Assembly (NCBI RefSeq): GCF_003019035.1
Contig: NZ_CP027447.1
Reading direction: 5' to 3' (one strand)
DNA: 64,000 nt
Source of the DNA: Escherichia coli
Lineage (GTDB): Bacteria; Pseudomonadota; Gammaproteobacteria; Enterobacterales; Enterobacteriaceae
How positions within the stretch are numbered: position 1 is the stretch's first letter; each line of letters starts with the position of its first letter. Shown piece after piece: positions 43,652 through 52,856 of the stretch. The position numbers were made by a program, and so were the translations under genes. The notes under the pieces were generated by a model that worked only from the letters and a program-made list of their open reading frames with translations, ran no database searches and was not told the origin of the DNA.

Positions 43652-43684
43652 CCCGCCGTGGTGTTGCGCCACGGCGGGTTTAAT
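43652..43684 (+). terminator. Rho-independent terminator of the FAAL-SDR-ACP-AOS operon at the convergent junction
   Basis: CCCGCCGTGG-TGTTGCG-CCACGGCGGG followed by TTTAAT; coordinates approximate. Confidence 0.55.
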
Positions 43685-44759
43685 GTTGTCTGTCATACCA
43701 ATACACCAGGCTCAACGCCATCAGGACAAACGCTACCGGTAAACCGAGCGCGGTAACAGGTGCACTCAACGCAAATAGCAACCCCAGATTGACCATGATT
43801 TGATAGCTGATCCAGGTGAGTAAGCCAACGATGACGCCTACAGCGAGACGGCTACCCATCCCTGGCGAGCGCGGGGCGCTAAAGGTGAACGGCACAGCCA
43901 GCAAAATCATCGCCAGGGTCAGGATCGGTTGCCCCAGTTTTTCCCACAGTGCAAGGCGGTATTCGCTGCTGGGTTGTCCGGTTTCCTGCAAATAATGGAT
44001 GTAATGATTAAGCTGACGGACAGAAAAAGTATTCCCCGGCATCGATAACTCTTCAAGATCCATACTGGTGAAGGCCGATTGCCAGGCAAGATTATCTGAT
44101 GTTTCCAGCGTTTCTTTGCCATTCAACCATTTTTTATGATTCACACCATGCAGGATCCACGTTTTGTCGTCTTCAATGGAGGCACTGCGTGCAAAAATGT
44201 AGGATTCGAGCGAGAGATCGTCGCGATAATGAAATATCTCCACGCCCACAGGCTGGCCCTGCTCGTTCAGCGATTTCACCGTCACAAATTCATTACCGCG
44301 CCTGGCCCAAAGCATATTGCCGGTAATGTCATCGTCCTCCCCCAACGCGGTGGCAGTCGATTTGATTTGCAGCGCCTGTTGCTGCAATGGCGACGCCACC
44401 CACTCATCTATCGCGCCTAACGAAACAGTCCACAATATCCCGGCAACCAGCGCCACCAGTGCAATACGGAAGATAGAAAACCCAGTGCTGCGAATGGCGG
44501 TAAGCTCACTGTTTTTCGATAACTGCCCCAGGCCAACAATCCCTCCCAATAATGCGATAAATGGCGAAAGTTCGACCAGTGTACGCGGTAAGGTCATCAG
44601 CACCACCAGCACCGCCTGAGTCCAGCGATAACCGCCCGGGCTGACATCATCCAGTTCGTTAATCAGGTTGAAGGTGGTAAAAAGCGGCAGCAATAGCCCT
44701 GCGGCGGCGGCAAAACCGAGAAAGAGATGACGGATTAAATAGCGACTGAAAACATTCAT
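43680..44759 (-). CDS. LptG-like permease (YjgP/YjgQ family)
   Basis: Six-TM architecture with large periplasmic domain; start set at MNVFSRYLIRHLF, overlapping the upstream stop (ATGA). Confidence 0.8.
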   Translation of the reverse strand: MNVFSRYLIRHLFLGFAAAAGLLLPLFTTFNLINELDDVSPGGYRWTQAVLVVLMTLPRTLVELSPFIALLGGIVGLGQLSKNSELTAIRSTGFSIFRIALVALVAGILWTVSLGAIDEWVASPLQQQALQIKSTATALGEDDDITGNMLWARRGNEFVTVKSLNEQGQPVGVEIFHYRDDLSLESYIFARSASIEDDKTWILHGVNHKKWLNGKETLETSDNLAWQSAFTSMDLEELSMPGNTFSVRQLNHYIHYLQETGQPSSEYRLALWEKLGQPILTLAMILLAVPFTFSAPRSPGMGSRLAVGVIVGLLTWISYQIMVNLGLLFALSAPVTALGLPVAFVLMALSLVYWYDRQH

Positions 44760-45826
44760 CGGGAAAATTTCTGCAGCAAAGAGAAGTCGCGTGCGACCAG
44801 CATCAGCAGGCCCATTAGCATGAGTCCGGGTACTAACCACAAACCAGGAATGAGGGGAATCGCACCGTTAGCCACCAGCGTACGGCAGACGTCGCCGCCA
44901 TAAAAAATGGCAACAAACAGCAACGTCAGTGGCAATAACGTTGAAAATCGCCCTTGCCGCGGTTTTACCCGACTTAATGAAATGGCCAGCAGCGCCATCA
45001 ACAATGCGGTCAGGCCACGGCTTTGTCGCCATTGCAGTTCGGCATGATCGGCTGGAAAGACGGAGCGCGCCAGCTCCGTGACCGATTTTGCTTTGCGTTT
45101 GACGTTAGGGCTTTGATCCAGCTGATTCAGATGTAATTGCAGATTACGGTAGATCTGTTCGTTGTCGTCACGCCCCTGATGATCGAGAAGATAGGCGGTC
45201 CCGTTATGCAACATAACGGTCGGTTTCTCAGGTGATGGGTCAACCACATCAACCGAACGGGCGCGGAAAATGCGGGTTCGATTGGCAGTAGAAGTATAAA
45301 TCAGCGCGTCAGTCAGGCGATTATTATCCTGATCAACCGTCTGCGAAAGGATCATTCGTCCGTTATCGTTAGTGTTAAATTTCTTTGCCCGCAACTGGCG
45401 AACATCCAGCTCCGACTGCGACTGTTGCTCCAGTTGATAAATCTGCGCATAAGCCCACGGCCGACCATACATCGACAGAAGGGTGACAAAAATACTTAGC
45501 GGTATCGCCAGATAAAGAACGGCTTTGTACAAGCGTCCCGGACTGCCCCCCGCCGCAGAGATAGCGGTAATTTCCGAGTCGGTATACATCTGCCCTAGCG
45601 TCACGCCAACTGACACATACAGACCAACAGGTAACAACATCTCCAGTGCAATCAGCACTTTGTAGAAAACGATATCCAGCACAACATCAAGAGCTAAGGT
45701 CCCATTTGCCGCTTCGGTCAGATAACGCTGTGCGGAGTAGCTGGCGAAAATAAAGATCAGAAAACCGACGATAATCAGCACCAGACGGCGCGTACCACGC
45801 ATGATGTAGTGTTCAACCAGCTTCAT
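44756..45826 (-). CDS. LptF-like permease (YjgP/YjgQ family)
   Basis: 356 aa, same architecture, translationally coupled to the LptG-like gene. Confidence 0.8.
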   Translation of the reverse strand: MKLVEHYIMRGTRRLVLIIVGFLIFIFASYSAQRYLTEAANGTLALDVVLDIVFYKVLIALEMLLPVGLYVSVGVTLGQMYTDSEITAISAAGGSPGRLYKAVLYLAIPLSIFVTLLSMYGRPWAYAQIYQLEQQSQSELDVRQLRAKKFNTNDNGRMILSQTVDQDNNRLTDALIYTSTANRTRIFRARSVDVVDPSPEKPTVMLHNGTAYLLDHQGRDDNEQIYRNLQLHLNQLDQSPNVKRKAKSVTELARSVFPADHAELQWRQSRGLTALLMALLAISLSRVKPRQGRFSTLLPLTLLFVAIFYGGDVCRTLVANGAIPLIPGLWLVPGLMLMGLLMLVARDFSLLQKFSR

Positions 45827-45856
45827 CTCACTAACACCCTCAATCCTTTGAATTTT

Positions 45857-46420
45857 TTATTCATTGATCAGTTTCTGCGCCAGCGCAATGACATGATCTA
45901 CCTCTTCCGGCGTCAGGCTGCCGTCCTTTGCCCACTGAATTTGCCCGTCTTTATTCAGCACCAGAATGGTTGAACTCTGCTCCGGCAACCGCCAGGCAAC
46001 GCGTCCCAGTCCATTGCCGTCAATAACGAATTGCGCCCACGGATAGCGGCGTTTATTTTTTTCGATTTTGCCAACGACAAAATAGCCAGTACCGAAGATG
46101 GCATCATCGGTGTTCACAATGGTGGTGGGCTGAAAACGATCCTGCGGAAAGTTTGCCGCTTCAACCGCTTTAATTAACAGTGAGTTCTTTTTCTTCGCCG
46201 ACTTACGCCCGGCGATATACTGAATAATGCGGACTTTTCCCGCCAGCTGTGTGCTGTTCCACTTTTGGTAGTGAATTTCGTCGTCGCTATTCAGAAGCAG
46301 CTCGCCGCCTTCCTGGATATAAACGGGGGTAACCGTTTTGCCAGTGACGAAATTGTGTGCCTGCACACCCTGGGCTAAGAGCATGATAATCAGCGCAATA
46401 ATCAAACGAGATGACATCAT
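45857..46420 (-). CDS. Periplasmic YtfJ-like protein
   Basis: 187 aa with signal peptide MMSSRLIIALIIMLLAQGVQA; family assignment tentative. Confidence 0.6.
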   Translation of the reverse strand: MMSSRLIIALIIMLLAQGVQAHNFVTGKTVTPVYIQEGGELLLNSDDEIHYQKWNSTQLAGKVRIIQYIAGRKSAKKKNSLLIKAVEAANFPQDRFQPTTIVNTDDAIFGTGYFVVGKIEKNKRRYPWAQFVIDGNGLGRVAWRLPEQSSTILVLNKDGQIQWAKDGSLTPEEVDHVIALAQKLINE

Positions 46421-46428
46421 TGCTCCGG

Positions 46429-47253
46429 TTATAGCGGAAAACGCGAAATCAGCAGCTCTAAGCGCTGGCGAATATCGCTATCCAGCGCCACCGGTGCATC
46501 ATACGACTGGCGGTTTTCCATATCATCCGCCACCATGTCGTCGTGTTTATCCCCCATCAGGCCATTAATGGCGGCGAGGAAGCGGGAAATCTGTAACGCC
46601 TCTTTATTTTCAGGATCAAGCGATCTTAAGGTGTCGTAATAAGAAACCTGCTGGCTGATGATTTTTCGCACATCATGAAATTCCCTGCCGGTGAGTCGCG
46701 GTTTGGCAATTATCTCTTTCAGGGTATGCATTTGCTTTTGCCGATAGGCAATAAAACCGCTTACGCTTTCTAACTGGCTATGGCGTAATGAATAGTTCAC
46801 CAACGACCAGACCGGAGAGCTTAAATAAACCCGTAACAGGTTGCCGTAATACGACACAATATTTTTCTTACCGTTACGAAAACCGTCCTGAAAACGCCCC
46901 AAAAAAACGGTCGTTTTGCCGAATAAAAATCCGGCCTGATGCTTCTTTAAATACAGCCGTTGCGCAAAACGCAGGTGCTTGTAGCGCGCTCGCATGTATT
47001 TATACTTTTTGCGCTCATCGTCGGTAAGTATTTTGCCTTTTGCTTGTTTCAGCGTTAAGCGAAGTAACTCTTTGCGATTTACACCATCCAGCCAGAATCT
47101 CAAACATAAGGCATAATTGTCATGAATAATCTCCGGTGAACAGCGCAAAGTGATCGTTGGCGGCAAGCTAACCTGTGTGTCAATAACATCATTATCATCA
47201 ACAGCAATAAATAAACGCTCAATGACCTCAAGTGGAAAGTATTTTCTCATCAT
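46429..47253 (-). CDS. Hypothetical basic protein of unknown function
   Basis: 274-aa ORF in operon context, Lys/Arg-rich, no recognisable motif. Confidence 0.6.
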   Translation of the reverse strand: MMRKYFPLEVIERLFIAVDDNDVIDTQVSLPPTITLRCSPEIIHDNYALCLRFWLDGVNRKELLRLTLKQAKGKILTDDERKKYKYMRARYKHLRFAQRLYLKKHQAGFLFGKTTVFLGRFQDGFRNGKKNIVSYYGNLLRVYLSSPVWSLVNYSLRHSQLESVSGFIAYRQKQMHTLKEIIAKPRLTGREFHDVRKIISQQVSYYDTLRSLDPENKEALQISRFLAAINGLMGDKHDDMVADDMENRQSYDAPVALDSDIRQRLELLISRFPL

Positions 47254-48602
47254 TGGAATTTTTCTCCGACTCCGTTATAGACCAATAAATGGCGACGGAG
47301 AAAAGTCCTTAATGTCGGTGCTAACGACAGGATCACATCCAGACATTGACCACCGAAATAAGCAAATGCAGCCCCCATTACGCCAAACAGATGACAAAAC
47401 ATAAACAACAAAATAACGTAAGCTAACGATGCAATAGTTTGTGCTATCAAAAAAGCGCGCTGTTTTCCCGCCATCAATAGCAATGACTCCTGAGGGAAGC
47501 CCAGCATCGAGATCACAATTGCGCCCAGCATCACCTGAATCAGGTCATACGCTTCGAGATACTTAACGCCAAACACCAGCGAAATAAGCGGCTTGCCGAC
47601 GATCAACACCGCGAGCGCCACCAGAATTCCGATTCCGCCCGCCAGTAAACCTGACTTCACGCCTAACAACCACGGTCTGGTGGTGCGCGGATCTAAACGC
47701 ATCACCTCTGGGTAAAAACTTTTGCCCAGTAAACCCGCTGGCGTTCCGGCGGCGTCGAAGAATGTCATGGCGATTTTAAATAACCCGGCGGCAGCGGGTC
47801 CTAACACGATCCCCACCAGCACTGTGCTGCACGAGTTACGCGCCGACCAGATGGAGTGGGCAATGTTGGTTGACCAGACAAAACTCCACGCGCCTTTGAT
47901 GTGTCGGGCAGACTCAAACAGATTCAATTTGAACGCGTTATGGATATTTCTGCGGCGTAATTCGCGCGCGGCAAACCACCAGTACATGGTGCCGCCAACC
48001 AGATTCGACACGTACCAGGCAATAACAAAGCCCGCAAAACCAAAGTCAAAATACCAGGCTACGACGCTCCCCGCTGCGCGCAGAAAAGGTTTCGTCGCTT
48101 GCTGTACAGCAATTAGATCGAAGCGATCTACCGCACGCAGAATGCCGGTCGGCGTGGAGGAAGCCATTGAAGGAATGAGCGTGCAATACAGCGCTGCCAG
48201 CCAAAAGCTTTGGTCATCCAGACCTAATGAATGGGAAAGAAAAGGGAGTAAGGCAATGCCGCCGACAATCGCCACCGCGCCGCTGACGATATCCAGCGAG
48301 AAGGAAAATGAGACGACATTGCGGAATTGCTGCGGATTATTGTTGGTTAATGCTGGTGTTCCGTACTGAACCACCAGCTGCCATGTCTGAAACTTAATAA
48401 AATCGCTGATCGACTTGGCGTACGATTGTACAATCACCAGTACGCCAAACATGGCGGGCGTCATCCCTTTACCGGCACACGAGAGCGCCAACAGACCCAG
48501 TAAAGCGCTCACGACATTACTGGAGCCTAACCAGGCGCTATTGCGAATAATGGTGCGAAACGCGCCATCTGCAAACCAATGTTTGATGTTAAAACCCGCC
48601 AA
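47250..48602 (-). CDS. yghQ: MOP/PST-family polysaccharide or lipid flippase (Wzx-like)
   Basis: 450-aa polytopic ORF; synteny upstream of yghR. Confidence 0.8.
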   Translation of the reverse strand: MAGFNIKHWFADGAFRTIIRNSAWLGSSNVVSALLGLLALSCAGKGMTPAMFGVLVIVQSYAKSISDFIKFQTWQLVVQYGTPALTNNNPQQFRNVVSFSFSLDIVSGAVAIVGGIALLPFLSHSLGLDDQSFWLAALYCTLIPSMASSTPTGILRAVDRFDLIAVQQATKPFLRAAGSVVAWYFDFGFAGFVIAWYVSNLVGGTMYWWFAARELRRRNIHNAFKLNLFESARHIKGAWSFVWSTNIAHSIWSARNSCSTVLVGIVLGPAAAGLFKIAMTFFDAAGTPAGLLGKSFYPEVMRLDPRTTRPWLLGVKSGLLAGGIGILVALAVLIVGKPLISLVFGVKYLEAYDLIQVMLGAIVISMLGFPQESLLLMAGKQRAFLIAQTIASLAYVILLFMFCHLFGVMGAAFAYFGGQCLDVILSLAPTLRTFLRRHLLVYNGVGEKFQ

Positions 48603-48647
48603 TTCAGCCTGACCTTATCGTTGATAGTAAAAAGTATCCCGCCAGCC

Positions 48648-49406
48648 TTAAGTTAAACTTCGGCGGTCAGAAACGATGGCAACCAGAGAAACCGCCTTCT
48701 GTGCCTGTTCCAGCACTTCGCTGTAAGGCGCTCTGGAATCAATCTCAAGAATTTTTGTGCCGTTATAGCCAATCGTCGACATGACGCCGATTTTGTCCTG
48801 CAGCTCGGCATAGTCATGGTCAGGCTTGCGGGAGATGGCAGTATCAATATCAATCCCCAAACGAATGATTAATTCAGGACGGTATTGCGCCATTTGTTGG
48901 TATAAACGCCGTTCGCGCTGCGCCAGAAACATGCTGATTTTCCCGGTCGCACGTTCGACGCCGATCCCCGGTCCGTCATAATAAAAGCCCGAAATTTCAG
49001 CCTGCGGGAAGCGATCGCTGACCACCAGAACGCCACTTTGCGCCAGTCGCTGAACCTTGCGTAGATTCGCCATTCTTCGCAGCGAGAAGCAGTACATAAT
49101 CACCGCCGCCCATACCGCCGGAGATTTGGTTTTCATGCTTTGGGTTTTCGAGGATTTGGCCGCCAGTCGCCGTTCGAGCCAGACGCCAACCAACGGCAAT
49201 CGTTTGATTTTGTCGCCGTCTTCGCCCGAGAGCAGCCCCAGATAGCGCCGCTCGGTTTGCCAGTGTTGTTGCAGCGATTTCACGAGGTCGGTGGTCAGTG
49301 TGGATTTACCGGTGCCATCACACCCGACCACCGCAATCAGCCCCGGAATGTAGTTGGGCTGCGGCGCGGTTGTACTATTAACAGTTTGTGTTTGTAGTGC
49401 GTCCAT
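48648..49406 (-). CDS. yghR: P-loop NMP-kinase-fold protein (putative small-molecule or lipid kinase)
   Basis: Walker A GCDGTGKSTL near N-terminus, DRFP motif; paralog of yghS and yghT. Confidence 0.8.
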   Translation of the reverse strand: MDALQTQTVNSTTAPQPNYIPGLIAVVGCDGTGKSTLTTDLVKSLQQHWQTERRYLGLLSGEDGDKIKRLPLVGVWLERRLAAKSSKTQSMKTKSPAVWAAVIMYCFSLRRMANLRKVQRLAQSGVLVVSDRFPQAEISGFYYDGPGIGVERATGKISMFLAQRERRLYQQMAQYRPELIIRLGIDIDTAISRKPDHDYAELQDKIGVMSTIGYNGTKILEIDSRAPYSEVLEQAQKAVSLVAIVSDRRSLT

Positions 49407-49437
49407 TCGTTAAATCATCCCCTATCCATTTTGGTGA

Positions 49438-50151
49438 TCAGGAAAGCGCAGCGTGAATTGCGCGTAGTGACGCTTGCAGAATTTCATCGGCTGGTTGCCG
49501 ACCATCCAGTTCAAGGATCTTTGCGCCATTGAATGTCAGTTGCGGCGTAACGGCGATTTTTTCCTGTAACGCTGCCAGTTGGTGGTCAGGTTTACGCGCA
49601 AACGCGGTTTGTTCATCAATGCCAAGACGAATCAACAATACGGGCAAATAAGACGCCATCCATTGGTACAGCTTCAGCTCGCGCTGCCTTAACATTTTTA
49701 TCCAACCGTTACCGCCCGTGGTTTTTGCCAATTGCGGGCCATCAAAGCGAAAACCCGGCACTTCAACCTGCGGGTAGCGGTCGGTGATGAGCAGATAGCC
49801 TTGCTGGCTTTTACACAACATTTTGCGAAACTTGTACGCCCGCCAGCAGGAAAGCAGATAGATAACCAGCGCAGTAATATTGCCAGGCGGTGTGGAGGGC
49901 TTTTCGTGCACATGTGCCGCTTTACTTCGCAGATAACGCCCAAAAGGTGCGCCAATAACAGGGAGCTGTGAAATCCATTCGCCAATTCGCCCGGACGATT
50001 GCCCGAGATAAATGTGTTCTGTTGGCATTGTTGCTGCCAGTTCATTTACCAGGCTTGCCGTGAGGGTCGATTTACCTGAACCATCACATCCTACAATGGC
50101 AATAACACGCACTGGCGTGGAATTAATTATTGACATATTACGTTGATTCAC
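49438..50151 (-). CDS. yghS: P-loop NMP-kinase-fold protein, paralog of yghR
   Basis: Walker A GCDGSGKSTL, DRYP motif. Confidence 0.8.
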   Translation of the reverse strand: MNQRNMSIINSTPVRVIAIVGCDGSGKSTLTASLVNELAATMPTEHIYLGQSSGRIGEWISQLPVIGAPFGRYLRSKAAHVHEKPSTPPGNITALVIYLLSCWRAYKFRKMLCKSQQGYLLITDRYPQVEVPGFRFDGPQLAKTTGGNGWIKMLRQRELKLYQWMASYLPVLLIRLGIDEQTAFARKPDHQLAALQEKIAVTPQLTFNGAKILELDGRQPADEILQASLRAIHAALS

Positions 50152-50324
50152 GAAAAACCCGGCAGCAAATAATGTATTGAATATTACGTGGTCCGTGCTC
50201 AGAATATCCGTTCAACCTTATTGTGACAATGGTTAATTGTGACATTGACCTGAATTACGCTTTCATAAAAACATATTAACCAAATAAATATTTTTAATGG
50301 ATATTTAAATTAAAGGATATATTC

Positions 50325-51017
50325 ATGCAGTCAATAACACCTCCATTAATTGCCGTTATTGGTAGCGATGGTTCAGGCAAGTCAACGGTGTGTGAACATC
50401 TCATTACCGTTGTCGAAAAATATGGTGCTGCCGAAAGAGTTCATTTAGGAAAACAGGCCGGAAATGTCGGTCGTGCAGTGACAAAATTACCGTTGATGGG
50501 AAAATCCTTACATAAAACAATTGAACGAAATCAGGTGAAAACAGCAAAAAAATTGCCAGGACCAGTTCCGGCGCTGGTAATTACAGCGTTTGTCGCCCGT
50601 CGCTTACTGCGCTTTCGTCATATGCTTGCCTGTCGTCGTCGCGGGTTAATTGTTCTAACCGACCGTTATCCTCAGGACCAAATTCCTGGCGCTTACGATG
50701 GTACAGTGTTCCCACCTAACATTGAAGGTGGTCGTTTTGTCTCATGGCTGGCAAGCTAGGAACGTAAAGCGTTTCACTGGATGGCGAGCCATAAACCGGA
50801 TCTGGTCATCAAACTCAATGTTGACCTTGAAGTTGCCTGCGCGCGTAAACCCGACCATAAACGGGAATCGCTGGCGAGGAAGATTGCCATAACGCCACAG
50901 TTAACCTTTGGCGGTGCACAACTGGTTGATATCGATGCTAATCAGCCACTGGAAAAGGTGCTGATTGATGCAGAAAAAGCGATTACGGATTTTATGACCG
51001 CGCGTGGTTATCACTAG
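50325..51017 (+). pseudogene. yghT: yghT-like P-loop paralog interrupted by an in-frame TAG
   Basis: ORFs 50325-50759 and 50781-51017 are in the same frame, separated only by TAG at 50757-50759; joined they give a 230-codon yghR/yghS paralog ([13 protein letters not shown]). Confidence 0.75.
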
Positions 51018-51027
51018 TCAAAAATGG

Positions 51028-51058
51028 AAATGCCCGATCGCCAGGACCGGGCATTTTC
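51028..51058. terminator. Bidirectional terminator hairpin between yghT and pitB
   Basis: AAATGCCCG...CGGGCATTT stem with T-rich flanks on both strands; coordinates approximate. Confidence 0.5.
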
Positions 51059-51065
51059 AGGAAGG

Positions 51066-52565
51066 TTAAATCAACTGCAATGCTATCCAGTACAACCCAC
51101 CAGAAAGAAAAATCGCCGCCGGTAAAGTAAACACCCACGCCATCAGGATGCTGGTTACCGTTTTACGCTGTAACCCACCGCCGTCCACCACCATCGTCCC
51201 TGCTACCGCAGACGAGAGGACGTGTGTTGTGGAGACGGGCATCCCAATATAACTGGCAAGGCCGATAGACACTGCCGCCGTCATTTGTGCCGCCATGCCT
51301 TGCGCATACGTCATGCCGCGCTTACCAATCTTCTCACCGATGGTCATCGCTACACGACGCCAGCCAATCATGGTGCCGATGCCGAGCGCCAGTGCTACCG
51401 CCATGATGATCCACACCGGTGCGTACTCAATGGTGCTTAACATATCGCTGCGCAGTTTTTTCAGCAGGTTCTGGTCTTCTTTACTGACGCCTGGCAGTTT
51501 CGCCAGCTTCGCGGAGGTATCAGAGATGCACAGCATAATGCGGCGCAGCTGGCTGCGCTGACTCACGCTTAACGGCTCGTAACTTTCCATATTGCCTGGC
51601 AGCATCGTTTTAACGCGCGCAATCGCATCAAAGGTATTTGCCGGATGACAGTGAAACTCTGTTACTTGCGTGCCATCAGTCGATGTCGCAGGCAATGGAG
51701 GTTCCATCGTAATCAACTTCTGCGGCAGTTCAGGATGCTGTTGCAGGTAGTGTTCGAAGTTGGTGACGGCATCGCGGGTACGGGTAATTTCATAGCCGGA
51801 CGCGTTCATATTGACGACGAAGCCAGCAGGGGCAATCCCCACCAGTACCAGCATCACCAGGCCGATCCCTTTCTGCCCGTCGTTCGCGCCGTGCGAAAAC
51901 GCCACGCCCGCAGCGGAAACAATCAGCGCAATACGCGTCCAGAATGGCGGCTTACGTTTGCCTTTTTTCTTTTTGCGATCTTCCGGAATGCGGTGAATAC
52001 GGTCACGCTTTTTCGTCCCGCTCCAGAAACGGCGCAGCAGGAAAATCAGACCACCCGCAATGACCAGGCCGACGATAGGGGAAACAATCAGCGAGGAGAA
52101 AATTTTGGTCACTTCACGCAGGTTTAACGCATCCATCACCGATGAGCCGGTTAACAGCGCGTTGGTTAAACCGATGCCGATAATCGCACCAATCAAGGTA
52201 TGCGAACTGGAGGCCGGTAAACCAAAGAACCACGTTCCCAGGTTCCAGATAATCGCCGCCAGCAGCATGGAAAAGACCATCGCCAGGCCGTGAGTTGACC
52301 CCATATTCAGCAACAAATCGGTTGGCAACATATGGACAATGGCATAGGCAACGCTAAGTCCGCCTAGCAATACGCCAAAAAAGTTAAAAAATGCCGCCAT
52401 CACCACAGCAAGTTGTGGTTGCATGGCACGAGTATAAATAACGGTTGCCACCGCATTCGCCGTGTCATGAAAACCATTGATTGCTTCGTAGAACAACACA
52501 AATGCCAGAGCAAGTAATAACAAAAGCCCTGTGTATATATCAAGGCCAACAAATAAATTTAGCAT
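51066..52565 (-). CDS. pitB: Low-affinity inorganic phosphate transporter
   Basis: 499-aa PiT-family protein; synteny. Confidence 0.9.
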   Translation of the reverse strand: MLNLFVGLDIYTGLLLLLALAFVLFYEAINGFHDTANAVATVIYTRAMQPQLAVVMAAFFNFFGVLLGGLSVAYAIVHMLPTDLLLNMGSTHGLAMVFSMLLAAIIWNLGTWFFGLPASSSHTLIGAIIGIGLTNALLTGSSVMDALNLREVTKIFSSLIVSPIVGLVIAGGLIFLLRRFWSGTKKRDRIHRIPEDRKKKKGKRKPPFWTRIALIVSAAGVAFSHGANDGQKGIGLVMLVLVGIAPAGFVVNMNASGYEITRTRDAVTNFEHYLQQHPELPQKLITMEPPLPATSTDGTQVTEFHCHPANTFDAIARVKTMLPGNMESYEPLSVSQRSQLRRIMLCISDTSAKLAKLPGVSKEDQNLLKKLRSDMLSTIEYAPVWIIMAVALALGIGTMIGWRRVAMTIGEKIGKRGMTYAQGMAAQMTAAVSIGLASYIGMPVSTTHVLSSAVAGTMVVDGGGLQRKTVTSILMAWVFTLPAAIFLSGGLYWIALQLI

Positions 52566-52856
52566 ATATTAGATTACGCCATTTTGAATTTACGAACGGA
52601 CGCATTATCAGTGACTTTAACGGCATGGGCAAAGTGAAATATCATTTTTTAACGATAAAAAGCGTGTTATTTCTTGTGTATCAGACAATAAGCATTCATT
52701 CAAAATCTTTAGAAATAATCAAAACACAAGTATTCCACTGGTTAATATATTCATATATTAAATAAATAAATATTGGAATATATAAATGTTGAATGTTTTG
52801 ATTAATCCCCGAACTGATTATTCTTCATAATCAGTACGGGGTTGCTACAACATGTA

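Noticed and set aside
48648-51017. yghR/yghS/yghT as ABC-transporter ATPases or a defence-system NTPase trio
   Set aside because: They have a Walker A motif but no ABC signature (LSGGQ-like), Q-loop or H-loop, and are too short for STAND or AAA+ defence ATPases; the NMP-kinase-like DR[FY]P motif fits small-molecule kinases better.
52806-52840. Imperfect inverted repeat downstream of gss as a terminator
   Set aside because: One mismatch in the stem and no clear T-tract on the relevant strand; too weak to call.
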